In this document: positions 40,757-49,166 of the stretch, in pieces
Layout of the letters: each line of letters begins with the position of its first letter
Numbering within the stretch: position 1 is the stretch's first letter
Origin: a virus
Lineage: Duplodnaviria; Caudoviricetes
Length of the DNA stretch: 49,166 nt
IMG/VR virus record: IMGVR_UViG_3300046490_000035
Location: 1 to 49,166 of that record
Direction: 5' to 3' (one strand)
Program-made: the position numbers and the translations under genes
Notes under the pieces: generated by a model
Seen by the model: only the letters and a program-made list of their open reading frames with translations
The model's database searches: none
What the model was told of the DNA's origin: nothing

Positions 40757-42498
40757 TGGCTGAGACGACCAGGCAGAAGGTGCTGCGGCTCTGGACGGAC
40801 ATGAAGCGGGCGCGGGACGAGCGTGTCCCTGAGTGGAAGGACATCGTCGAGCACATCGCGCCCAAGCGTGGCGAGTACCTGTTCACGGATCGAGCACGTG
40901 GCACGCGCAGGGATGGAAAGATCCTGGACGGGACGGCCACCCTGTCCCTGGAGACCTACCAGTCCGGGCTCCACTCCAGCGCCACCAACCCCGCCCGCGA
41001 GTGGTACAGGCTCACCACCTCCATCCCCAGCACGGCGGAGCGCACCTCCATCCGCGCCTACCTGTTCCAGGTGCAGCGGCTCGTGCAGTGGCTGTTCGCA
41101 CGGTCGAACATCTACAGCGCGCTCCACACACTGTACGGAGACCACGGCGCGTTCGGCGTGGCGCCTCTCCTCGTGGACGAGGACCCCCAGGACATCATGC
41201 GGGCGTACGTGTTGCCCGTGGGCCAGTACGCACTGGCCACCTCGGAGAGACAGCAGATCGACACTTGCGGTCGGGACCTGACGTTCACCGTTCGGCAACT
41301 GGTGAAGAAGTTCGGGGAGAAGGCGTGCTCCAAGCGCGTGCAGGAGTGGTGGCGTCGAGGGGAGTACAACCAGTCCGTCAAGACCGTTCACCTCATCCTC
41401 CCCAACGAGGACTTCGAGTTCGGGCGCCTCGACGCTCGGGGCAAGCTGTGGCGGTCCATCTGGATCGAGTTGTCGGCTGACGAGAAGGACGGTGTTCTCC
41501 GCGACTCCGGCTACAAGCAGTTCCCCGTGATGGCGGTCCGCTACGAGGTGGCGGGCATGGACGACATCTACGGGTACGGACCTGGTAGTCAGGCTCTCCC
41601 CGACGTGAAGCAACTCCAGCACATGCGAGAGGCCGAGCTGGGGCTCATCGACCTCCTCAAGCAGCCGCCTATGAACGGGCCGGCGTCGCTGCGGTCGCAC
41701 ACGCGGCCGTCCATTCTGCCGGGGGCGATGAACTGGACGCCCGACAACACCAGCGCGAAGTTCGAGCCGTCCTACAAGCCGGACGCTGGCACGGTGATGG
41801 AGGTGCGAAACTCCAAGCTGGAGTCGCAGCTCCACGTGCGTAAGGTCTTCCACGAGGACCTGTGGCGCATGCTCGCGGACCGGCAGGCGAGCGACCCTCG
41901 CATGACGGCGTACGAGGTGTCCATGCGCCGGGACGAGCAGCTCATCCTGCTCGGGCCCGCTGTCGAGCGCCTCCACAACGAGCTGCTCTCTCCGCTCATC
42001 CGACGCGCCATCAACATCCTGGGGGAGGCCCGGCTCCTGCCGCCTCCTCCTCGGGAGCTGATAGACGCCATGAAGGCCGGGGAGGACATCAAGATCGAGT
42101 ACCTCTCGGTCATGGCCCAGGCGCAGAAGACGGTGGGTCTCGGCTCGCTGGAGAGGTTCGCCCAGATCACTCAGGCCATCGCGGCCACGGACCCGACCGG
42201 CGCCACGTTCGACAAGGTGGACCGAGACGAGCTGATCGACCAGGCTGCCGACATGACCGGCATCCCGCCGTCAGTCGTGCGCTCGGACGAGGACGTGGCC
42301 CAGATTCGCATGGTGCGAGCCAAGCAGGCCCAGCAGCAGGCCCAGATGGCTGCTCAGTCGCAGCAGGCCCAGACCGCCAAGACGCTGTCGCAGGCTCCGC
42401 TGAGCGACGACTCCGCCCTCACCAGGCTGCTCCAGCAGTACGGGCCGCAGGCTGAGGGCAGCCAGGCAGGTACGCTCGGCACGGGGGTGCAGCCGTGA
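40753..42498 (+). CDS. Portal (head-to-tail connector), T7 gp8/BPP-1 Bbp21 family
   Basis: YG.GPG..ALPD.KQLQ, MTA.EV..R..E....LGP..ERL..E.L.PLI.R, I.IEY.S..AQAQK. Confidence 0.95.
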   Translation: MMAETTRQKVLRLWTDMKRARDERVPEWKDIVEHIAPKRGEYLFTDRARGTRRDGKILDGTATLSLETYQSGLHSSATNPAREWYRLTTSIPSTAERTSIRAYLFQVQRLVQWLFARSNIYSALHTLYGDHGAFGVAPLLVDEDPQDIMRAYVLPVGQYALATSERQQIDTCGRDLTFTVRQLVKKFGEKACSKRVQEWWRRGEYNQSVKTVHLILPNEDFEFGRLDARGKLWRSIWIELSADEKDGVLRDSGYKQFPVMAVRYEVAGMDDIYGYGPGSQALPDVKQLQHMREAELGLIDLLKQPPMNGPASLRSHTRPSILPGAMNWTPDNTSAKFEPSYKPDAGTVMEVRNSKLESQLHVRKVFHEDLWRMLADRQASDPRMTAYEVSMRRDEQLILLGPAVERLHNELLSPLIRRAINILGEARLLPPPPRELIDAMKAGEDIKIEYLSVMAQAQKTVGLGSLERFAQITQAIAATDPTGATFDKVDRDELIDQAADMTGIPPSVVRSDEDVAQIRMVRAKQAQQQAQMAAQSQQAQTAKTLSQAPLSDDSALTRLLQQYGPQAEGSQAGTLGTGVQP

Positions 42499-42836
42499 CC
42501 GAGGAGGAGATCGTCAGGGAGGTGAGCGACTTCGAGGACCGTCAGCAGACCCAGCTCCACGACGACCTCATAGCCGTTCTGTCCACGGACCCTGGTCGTC
42601 GTCTGTGGTTGTGGATCACGACCGACGTGTGCTGTCTCAACAAGCGCATGCCGGTCGGGGAGCTGCTGGAGAGAATGGAGGGCCGGAGGGACGTGGCAGT
42701 TGACCTGTCGGAGATGCTGCATCCCTACCCGGACCTCGCTGTTGGCATTGAAACCATTCGCGTGCAGGAGGCCGCGCGAGGCGCGGAGTTCCAGGCGCGC
42801 GTTCGAAAGCTCGACGAGCTGAGGAGAAACCGATGA
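42495..42836 (+). CDS. Bbp19-like protein
   Basis: D...VLST..GRR.W....  EGRR.V motif; between portal and scaffold. Confidence 0.75.
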   Translation: MTEEEIVREVSDFEDRQQTQLHDDLIAVLSTDPGRRLWLWITTDVCCLNKRMPVGELLERMEGRRDVAVDLSEMLHPYPDLAVGIETIRVQEAARGAEFQARVRKLDELRRNR

Positions 42837-43543
42837 AGATCAAGTTCCTGATGGCCCCTGAGGGCGCTGCCGCAACGGGCGCCGCGACTCCTGCCCCGCC
42901 CGCCACAGCGACCGGCAGCGCTCCAGCCCCCGTGGCCCCTCCACCCGTGGCGCCCGTCGAGGGTGCTGCCAAGACGCCGCCTGCACCGGGCGCCACGGGA
43001 GATCTAATCGGCGGGGAGCCCGCCAAGGAGGCCCCGGTCGTGGACGCGAAGTCCTACGAGATCGCTCCTCCGGACGACCTCAAGGACTACGTCAAGGGCG
43101 TGGAGACCTACGCCGCGAAGGCGCTGGAACTCAAGATCTCTCCGGAGGCGTACAAGGGCCTCCTGGACCACCACTTCGCCCAGATGCGCGAGCAGCTCAA
43201 GGGCGTGAAGGAGGTGCAGGAAAAGAAGTTCAGCGAGACCGTGAACGGCTGGAAGGCCGAGGTCGCGAATGACCCTGAGATCGGAGGTGTGAAGCTGGCG
43301 GAGTCTTCGCAGCTTGCGACCAAGGGGGCTCTCGCGCTCGGGGGCCAGGCGCTCGTGGACGAGCTGCGGAAGACGGGGTTGTCCAACTGGCCTCCGCTCG
43401 TGCGAGCGATGCGGAACGCCGGCATGAAGATCTCCGACGACGCCATCGGAGGCAGCGGCAACTCCGGCGTGAAGCCCGACCCGACCGAGGACGAAGTCGC
43501 GGCGGAGCGGGATCGCAAGATGTTCCCCTCTCACTATAAGTAA
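42833..43543 (+). CDS. Capsid scaffolding protein
   Basis: Pro/Ala-rich N-terminus, W......DPEIGG, TGL.N.P...R.....G..ISDD. Confidence 0.85.
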   Translation: MKIKFLMAPEGAAATGAATPAPPATATGSAPAPVAPPPVAPVEGAAKTPPAPGATGDLIGGEPAKEAPVVDAKSYEIAPPDDLKDYVKGVETYAAKALELKISPEAYKGLLDHHFAQMREQLKGVKEVQEKKFSETVNGWKAEVANDPEIGGVKLAESSQLATKGALALGGQALVDELRKTGLSNWPPLVRAMRNAGMKISDDAIGGSGNSGVKPDPTEDEVAAERDRKMFPSHYK

Positions 43544-43552
43544 GGAGAAGCA

Positions 43553-44545
43553 ATGGCCAGAATGACGCTGCGGGACTTTGCCAAGAGCAAGGATCCCAAC
43601 GGAGCCCAGGCTCAAGCCATCGAGATGCTGGAGCAGTACAACCCGATGCTCCAGGACGCGCCCGCGTACCCTGCGAACGCACCCTACGGCAACCGGACCA
43701 CGTACCGGCGCAGTCTGCCGTCCGTCGGCACGGTGAAGATCAACAAGGGCGTGTCTCCGACCAAGAGCACGACCGACCAGCGGGTGGACACCATCGGCAT
43801 CTTCTCGGGCCGGTCTGAGGTGGACAGCCGCATCGGCAAGGTGGAGGGCACGGCGGCGATGGCGACGAAGCGTCGCTCCGAGCTGAACGGGCTCCAGGAG
43901 GCGATGGCGCAGCTCGTCGCGCAGAACCTGGCGTACGGTGACACCAAGCTGGACGAGGCGAGCTTCACCGGCCTCGCTCCCCGCATGGCGTCTCTGAACG
44001 CGGGCGCGAGCGTCATCCTCCCGCAGGTGTGGTCGAGCGGCACGGTGACCGGCGGCGACGGCTGCTCCGTCTACATCGTGGACTGGGGCGAGTACGCCAC
44101 GAAGCTCATCTACCCGCCCAACACCATCGCCGGCATGGACGTTGCGGACAAGGGTGAGGAGAAGGTGACGGACGCCGCGGGCGGCACGTTCTACGTGCTC
44201 GCCCAGACGATCGAGTGGTTCATCGGGCTGTCGGTGGAGGACCCCCGGCACATCGGGCGCCTCGCCAACATCGACCTGTCCGACGCGCTCCTCGACTCGC
44301 CGACGCAGGGCGTGCTGTTCGACCGGCTGGAGCAGATGATGGACATCATGCCGGCTGTCGGACCCAACCAGCGGGTGATGTACTGCCCCAACCGGCTGTA
44401 CTCGGCGTTCCGCAAGCAGGCGCGTGCCAAGTCCAACCTGGCGCTCACGATGGAGCAGTACCTGGGGGAGCTGGTGCCTCACCTCTGGAACGTGCCGGTC
44501 CGCAAGATGGACCAGCTCACCATCACCGAGACCACCGTCTCGTAG
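43553..44545 (+). CDS. Major capsid protein (BPP-1 Bbp17 / epsilon15 gp7-like)
   Basis: TL.D.AK..DP, IEML.Q.NP.L.D, R..LP, SEVD, F.GLAPR, R.ANID, VP.R..D.....E..V. Confidence 0.93.
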   Translation: MARMTLRDFAKSKDPNGAQAQAIEMLEQYNPMLQDAPAYPANAPYGNRTTYRRSLPSVGTVKINKGVSPTKSTTDQRVDTIGIFSGRSEVDSRIGKVEGTAAMATKRRSELNGLQEAMAQLVAQNLAYGDTKLDEASFTGLAPRMASLNAGASVILPQVWSSGTVTGGDGCSVYIVDWGEYATKLIYPPNTIAGMDVADKGEEKVTDAAGGTFYVLAQTIEWFIGLSVEDPRHIGRLANIDLSDALLDSPTQGVLFDRLEQMMDIMPAVGPNQRVMYCPNRLYSAFRKQARAKSNLALTMEQYLGELVPHLWNVPVRKMDQLTITETTVS

Positions 44546-44579
44546 TCGCAGGCCAACTCTTTCGAAGGGAGACAAGACA

Positions 44580-45005
44580 ATGATTCTCGATCAGGGTGAC
44601 GAGTTCACGGCTGCTGGAGGCGAGGCGTTCACCGCCGCCGCGGTGGGGTCGATCGTGATGGACGCCGGAAAGGCCGTGGACTGGGGCGCTGGCGAGCCCC
44701 TCTACCCGTACGTCCGGGTGACCCACGGGGCGAACTTCAACCCCACCACGTCCGCGACGTTCGACTTCATCGCGGCGGACAACGCGGCGCTCACGACCAA
44801 CCCGGTCACGCTCTCCACCAAGACGGTCCTGGTGGCGGCGCTCCTGCTGGACACCCTGCACCAAATGACCCCGCTGCTCTCGGGGTCGAGCAAGCAGTAC
44901 CTCGGCTTCAAGTGCACCCCCAACGGCGGAAACGCCACCACGGGTTCGCTGATCGCCGGCTTCGTGGACAAGAACGGGCGTCAGCAGAACGTGAACTTCC
45001 TGTAG
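44580..45005 (+). CDS. Capsid cement/decoration protein (Bbp16-like)
   Basis: MILD...F, D.G.GEPL, QYLG..., T.G...AG.V; immediately after the MCP. Confidence 0.8.
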   Translation: MILDQGDEFTAAGGEAFTAAAVGSIVMDAGKAVDWGAGEPLYPYVRVTHGANFNPTTSATFDFIAADNAALTTNPVTLSTKTVLVAALLLDTLHQMTPLLSGSSKQYLGFKCTPNGGNATTGSLIAGFVDKNGRQQNVNFL

Positions 45006-45017
45006 CCTGCTGACCAC

Positions 45018-45049
45018 GGGGAGGGCGCCAGCAAGGGCCCTCCCCTTTT
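45018..45049 (+). terminator. Intrinsic terminator after the capsid/cement genes
   Basis: GGGAGGGC-loop-GCCCTCCC followed by CTTTT. Confidence 0.7.
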
Positions 45050-45064
45050 ACTAGGAGAAAACAC

Positions 45065-45481
45065 ATGGCAGCCGCTCGTTATCTGGTCGTCTATCCTCCC
45101 GGGGCTCAGGTCGAGCAGCTCGGGTTCGTGAAGGCGGGGCAGTCGTTCGAGGCCCCGAGGAAGGACTACATCCCCTCGCGTCGGTTCCGCGCCATGAACC
45201 AGGAGGCCGTGGACGGCCTTCTTCTCCTCCAGGCCTTGATTCTGGAGGAGGCGGAGAAGTACGGGGACAAGCTCAAGGAGAAGAACGTTGCTCCCGACGA
45301 CTACCGGGCGGCGGCGCAGAAGCGGGGCAGCTTGAAGGATCAGGCGGCCAGCATCGACCTCAACATCTTCGGCCCGCCCGTCGAGACGGAGAACGTCCGC
45401 GACGAGGTGAGCCTGCACGAGCTGGGCGAGGCTGCTCTGGCGTCCGACAAATCCTCGTGGCGTGCGTCTGACGGAGCGTGA
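45065..45481 (+). CDS. Hypothetical protein (head-tail region)
   Basis: RBS AGGAG; 138 aa. Confidence 0.65.
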   Translation: MAAARYLVVYPPGAQVEQLGFVKAGQSFEAPRKDYIPSRRFRAMNQEAVDGLLLLQALILEEAEKYGDKLKEKNVAPDDYRAAAQKRGSLKDQAASIDLNIFGPPVETENVRDEVSLHELGEAALASDKSSWRASDGA

Positions 45482-45484
45482 GCC

Positions 45485-46165
45485 ATGGCCCTGCCCTCCA
45501 CCGACTTGGAAATCGTGAACTTGGCTCTGGACAACCTGAGCCACACGATCCCCGTGGGCAACCTGTCCACTGACACCTCCCCGGAGGCGAAGGCCGCGAA
45601 GCGTTGGCTGGATGCGGACAGAGACCGGGCGCTCGGCGCGTACACGTGGCGCTGGGCCGAGCGCTGGGAGCTGTTGGTGGAAGCGGCGGGGCAGTCTCAC
45701 CCGGAGTGGGCGTACTTCTACGACGTGCCGACCGGCATGGTGCCCGGGACAGGCAGGTTCCAGGAAGCGGACGAGCTGTTCGAGATCGTGCTCAACGCTG
45801 CCGGCACTGGCTACGTGGTGGCGTGCAACGTCGAGCTGTCGTCGGACACCCCGATGTTCGGGTACACCGCGAGGATCACCAACGCGGCACTGTACCCGCA
45901 GGAGTTCGTCGTCTTCTTCTCGTGGCTGCTGGCCAGCGACCTGGCGAAGCCCGTGCTCAAGGACAAGGACGGCAGGATCCGATTGAGCTGCCTGCAAGAG
46001 GCCGCGCTCGCGCTGGCGGAGGCCAAGGCGGCTGACCTGTCGGGCGCTCCGGAAGTACCCGCGCCCTCGACTCCTTCGGTGGCTTCTCGCGGCGGTCAGG
46101 CGAGGGTCACTTCGTCGGGTGGCTCTGGCGGCGGTGGTGGGGGCTCGGGCAACTACCTGTACTAG
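45485..46165 (+). CDS. Tail adaptor / tail tubular protein A
   Basis: [17 protein letters not shown]......LY...F......LA..LA; Gly-rich C-terminal extension. Confidence 0.85.
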   Translation: MALPSTDLEIVNLALDNLSHTIPVGNLSTDTSPEAKAAKRWLDADRDRALGAYTWRWAERWELLVEAAGQSHPEWAYFYDVPTGMVPGTGRFQEADELFEIVLNAAGTGYVVACNVELSSDTPMFGYTARITNAALYPQEFVVFFSWLLASDLAKPVLKDKDGRIRLSCLQEAALALAEAKAADLSGAPEVPAPSTPSVASRGGQARVTSSGGSGGGGGGSGNYLY

Positions 46166-46173
46166 GAGGGCAC

Positions 46174-47805
46174 GTGGGAACTTTCATCACCGATCTGACC
46201 TCTACGATATTTGTCCGAAAGCAAAAGGGAGCTGACCTCCCGCTGAACAAGGACCCGACGAAGGTAGTGAGGGCGTCGGACCTGAACGGACTGCTGGACG
46301 CCTGCTCGGACATTCGAGAGCATACGAGGGGCTACGTCAACGTCAGGTCCTACGGAGCCAAGGGCGACGGTGTGACCGACGACACCGCCGCGATTCAGGC
46401 CGCCATCGATGCGCTGCCTGCGACAGGCGGCATCGTTGTGGTGCCCGCCGGCACGTACAACACCAGCGCGCCGCTGGTTCTGCCAGCTCCCAGCGTCGCC
46501 TTGATCGGAGAGGGGGTCAAGACGACCGTCATCCGGAAGACCACTCACGGCGCCGGCAGCCTATCACCCATCACTCTGGCCACGGGCAGCGTGGACAACT
46601 ACGTGGTGGACGCGGTGGTCATCATCCGGCCCCCGGACGACGACGAGTTCGCCAGGTACGTCACCATCGAGGACATGACGATCACCAGCTCGACGACGGT
46701 CGGCGTCGCGTACGGCATTTACGCCCCGCGCACGAACCACCTGTCGCTGAGGCGGGTATTGATTCAGGGGTACTACTCCCAGAGCGCCACCACGATCACG
46801 GCTCCCTACGTCCAGCCTGCGGTCGGGTCCACGGTCAGCGTGTCGATGGCGACCACGGCCTGGATGGTCGCTGGCGAACAGATCCTGATCAACGGCGGGG
46901 GCTACTACACCATCAGCAGCGTCACGGACGGCACCACGGTCGTCGTGAAGAACCTGGGCACCCAGAACACGGCGCCGGGCAACACCGTGAACAGCGCAGG
47001 AGTGATCCTCCAAGGCAGCGGCTTCTTCACCTTCAACACCTGGATGAGCATCTTCGAGAGGGTGGACGTTCAGGAGTTCCCGGTCGGATTCAACTTCCAG
47101 GACGACGGGGGCCACTCGACGACGGGGACGAGCTGCACCTTCAAGTCCAGCTACGCGCGCACCGCCACCCAGGCAGGGTTCAGCCTGTACGGCTTGTACT
47201 ACTCAACGTTGAATAGCTGCGGAGTAGACTACGCAGGCGCGTCCGTCAGCAGCATCGCGTCGGGCCACAAGGCGTACGGCTACAACCTCAACTACTGCAA
47301 CGGCCTGGTGCTGAACGGGTGTGGTACGGAGCTGTCTCAGGGCTGCGTTCTGCACGTGGGTGGCGGCAACGTGGCGGTGAACGGCTTCTACTGCTACCAG
47401 CCGTATGGAGCGACGTTCTCGACCACGACCGGCCTGATCGAGATCACGAACAACGCCCAGGTGACGATGCTGGCTTCCAACTTCCAGGCGATCATCACAG
47501 GCACTCGGAACGGTGCGGCGTCCCCCGGCAACATCAACAACGTGATGGTGTGGGCCGGAGGGCAGTTGGTGGGACTCGACTCCGTACGTCCCACAGGAGG
47601 CTCGGCGTACGCGAACTACACGACGGGCGCGAGCGAGGAGTGGATAGCGGGCGTCGTTCAACAGCACTACGGAACGCTGACCACCGGAGTCGGGCAGGCC
47701 CTCACCACTTGGAAGAGTGGTGCGGCTCTCGCAGGCTACAGGCAGGTCTCCGTGAACGGAACCACGTACTGGGAGCCGTACTACACCGCCCCCACAGGAC
47801 CGTGA
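46174..47805 (+). CDS. Tailspike / depolymerase with right-handed beta-helix (pectate lyase 3-like)
   Basis: [25 protein letters not shown]...GG.V.VPAGTY; Asn/Cys-ladder-like repeats. Confidence 0.85.
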   Translation: MGTFITDLTSTIFVRKQKGADLPLNKDPTKVVRASDLNGLLDACSDIREHTRGYVNVRSYGAKGDGVTDDTAAIQAAIDALPATGGIVVVPAGTYNTSAPLVLPAPSVALIGEGVKTTVIRKTTHGAGSLSPITLATGSVDNYVVDAVVIIRPPDDDEFARYVTIEDMTITSSTTVGVAYGIYAPRTNHLSLRRVLIQGYYSQSATTITAPYVQPAVGSTVSVSMATTAWMVAGEQILINGGGYYTISSVTDGTTVVVKNLGTQNTAPGNTVNSAGVILQGSGFFTFNTWMSIFERVDVQEFPVGFNFQDDGGHSTTGTSCTFKSSYARTATQAGFSLYGLYYSTLNSCGVDYAGASVSSIASGHKAYGYNLNYCNGLVLNGCGTELSQGCVLHVGGGNVAVNGFYCYQPYGATFSTTTGLIEITNNAQVTMLASNFQAIITGTRNGAASPGNINNVMVWAGGQLVGLDSVRPTGGSAYANYTTGASEEWIAGVVQQHYGTLTTGVGQALTTWKSGAALAGYRQVSVNGTTYWEPYYTAPTGP

Positions 47806-47808
47806 GAC

Positions 47809-49166
47809 ATGACCAAGATCCGCCAAACAAACTTCGCTGCCGGTGAGTTCTCTCCCAGTCTCTACGGGGCCGACGACTTGGAGGCGTACCGTTCAGGAGC
47901 GCGCACGCTGAGGAACGTCCTGGTCACCAAGGACAGGACGTTGCTCACTCGTCCGGGCACCACGTTCTGCGGCGCAGTCAAGGACGAGACCCTGCGACCC
48001 GAACTGCTGCCCTTCGTGTTCTCGGAAGACCAGTCGTACGTGATCGAGTCGGGTGACAAGAACTTCCGCATTCGGGCTGCGCAGAGCGGGGGGGTACTCA
48101 AGGCCCCGGGGGTGATGGCTCTGGGCACGCTGGACGGTGGGACGCCGCTGCGCTGGAGGTCGACGGACACTGGCACCACGTGGACGACCCCGGCGTCACC
48201 GTCGTCTGGTTCATTTTACGGATCTTGTGAAGCGGCCAACGGACGAATTGTGGCTGTGGGCCCCGCAGGAGCCGCGTACTTGTCGGATGACGGAGGGGAC
48301 ACTTGGAGGTCGGTAGCGATGGGGGCGGACAGCCCCGTGGCTGTGGCATTCAACGGTCGTACTTTGGCGGTGGCGGGTCTGGAGCAGGTGGGAGTTTCCA
48401 CTGACAACGGTGAGACTTGGTCGGTAGTCCCCGTCGCAGGGCTGAACGGGTTTGATGTCGCGTGGGGAAATGGCAAATGGATCTTGGTAGGTAAAAGTCC
48501 AAACGCTAATCCCGCTCTCGGTCAGGCGCGGTATTCGTACTCCTACGACGGACTGACCTGGGGCACCGCCACAGCGCTTGCCGGGCTCGACGTGGCGTAC
48601 GCAGCGTCAGGTCTGGTGTGCGTGTGCTTCGTGGCGGGAACCTTCGTGTGTGGGGGCCTGGCCGGCACGCTCGGGCTGTTCGCGACCGTCGGGGTGCTCG
48701 ACGCAAATGCCAAGTGGGAAACTGCGGGGGCTACGATCATATTCGGGGCCGCGACAGACGGGAGAAGCAAGGTGACCTTGGTGGGAGGCACCTACGGCCC
48801 CAACAACAAGAGTCGAGTGTGGACGTACGACGTGGCCAGCGGAGTCTTGCCCGCGCCAGTGGAGCTGGCGACAGTCACCACGGACGACACGCTTAACGCA
48901 GTGTGCTTTCACAGAGGTGCCTGGATAGCTGTCGGGTCTAAAGGAGTTGTCAGATACAGGCTCGAGGCCTCCCCGACCTGGGCGTACCAAGTCAAAACGT
49001 CATCGTCCTCGTTCAGGACTGTGTGCTCAGGAGCGGGCACCGAGGTTTTGGAGGTGTCCACTCCGTACACTGTGGGCGCGCAGCTCAACCACGCGCAGTC
49101 GGGCGACGTGCTCACCCTGTTCAACAAGTACCTCCCGCCGAAGGAGCTGCGTCGGTACGGTCTCTT
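47809..49166 (+). CDS. Tail nozzle / tail tubular protein B, allele B (3'-truncated by the window end; absent from the ORF track because it has no stop)
   Basis: Translated by hand: MTKIRQTNFAAGEFSPSLYG..DL..Y..G...LRN...RPGT.F; open to the window end; alternative Asp-box insert. Confidence 0.88.
   Translation, partial: MTKIRQTNFAAGEFSPSLYGADDLEAYRSGARTLRNVLVTKDRTLLTRPGTTFCGAVKDETLRPELLPFVFSEDQSYVIESGDKNFRIRAAQSGGVLKAPGVMALGTLDGGTPLRWRSTDTGTTWTTPASPSSGSFYGSCEAANGRIVAVGPAGAAYLSDDGGDTWRSVAMGADSPVAVAFNGRTLAVAGLEQVGVSTDNGETWSVVPVAGLNGFDVAWGNGKWILVGKSPNANPALGQARYSYSYDGLTWGTATALAGLDVAYAASGLVCVCFVAGTFVCGGLAGTLGLFATVGVLDANAKWETAGATIIFGAATDGRSKVTLVGGTYGPNNKSRVWTYDVASGVLPAPVELATVTTDDTLNAVCFHRGAWIAVGSKGVVRYRLEASPTWAYQVKTSSSSFRTVCSGAGTEVLEVSTPYTVGAQLNHAQSGDVLTLFNKYLPPKELRRYGL
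47927..48053 (+). repeat. Copy of 1..127
   Basis: Exact 127-bp match. Confidence 0.93.
49040..49166 (+). repeat. Copy of 1126..1252
   Basis: Exact 127-bp match. Confidence 0.93.

Larger units (their letters stand above)
1..49166. mobile_element. Complete tailed phage genome (podovirus, BPP-1/epsilon15-like virion module), circularly permuted
   Basis: Full set of packaging, head, tail, ejection, lysis and replication genes with no host genes; position 1 recurs at 47927, closing the circle. Confidence 0.95.

Noticed and set aside
3926-44575. Many long antisense or alternate-frame ORFs (e.g. 3926..5422, 10730..12328, 17268..18776, 40435..41976, 43004..44575)
   Set aside because: Shadow ORFs expected in high-GC coding DNA; they lie opposite well-supported genes and have no recognisable motifs.
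128-49039. Diversity-generating retroelement (TR/VR pair), suggested by BPP-1-like genes and two similar regions
   Set aside because: No reverse transcriptase or Avd-like gene; the two copies differ at all four bases and by indels over ~1 kb, not by adenine-specific substitutions over ~100-150 bp.
47927-49166. Genuine long terminal repeat or true duplication of the nozzle gene
   Set aside because: Identity is limited to exactly 127 bp at each side, typical of k-mer overlap; better explained as an assembly bubble, pending read evidence.

Overview
This window is an apparently complete, circularly permuted, GC-rich dsDNA podophage genome (unit length about 47.9 kb). Two divergent transcription blocks start from an AT-rich region near 37.7-37.9 kb. 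The rightward (+) block is a BPP-1/epsilon15-type morphogenesis module: terS, terL, portal, scaffold, major capsid, cement, adaptor, beta-helix tailspike, nozzle, ejection proteins including a 2462-aa polyvalent protein, and lysis genes. The leftward (-) block has about 30 small early genes, then primase-helicase, ATP-dependent ligase, a putative SSB, family A DNA polymerase, Cas4/RecB-like nuclease, VRR-NUC and an SNF2 helicase. I found no integrase, RNA polymerase, reverse transcriptase, CRISPR array or canonical tRNA. The best candidate for a new system is a tandem pair of GGDEF (diguanylate cyclase-type) domains, one near-canonical (SGDEF) and one degenerate (GGD-F). They sit beside a HExxH metallopeptidase inside the giant virion protein predicted to be injected with the DNA, which suggests a virion-delivered second-messenger synthase. 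Second, the window ends carry two different in-frame alleles of a ~1 kb Asp-box beta-propeller insert in the nozzle gene. Each is bounded by exactly 127 bp of identity, which points to an assembly bubble from two co-existing variants. Other leads are a holin-signal peptide-outer membrane beta-barrel fusion where spanins would be expected, a signal-peptide-bearing fibre-like protein, a frameshifted Cys-rich lipoprotein, a metallothionein-like protein, an RHH/H1-like/FtsK-gamma-like protein, tRNA-like minihelices and a ~570 nt structured non-coding region. All family assignments come from motif recognition by eye; no database search was run.
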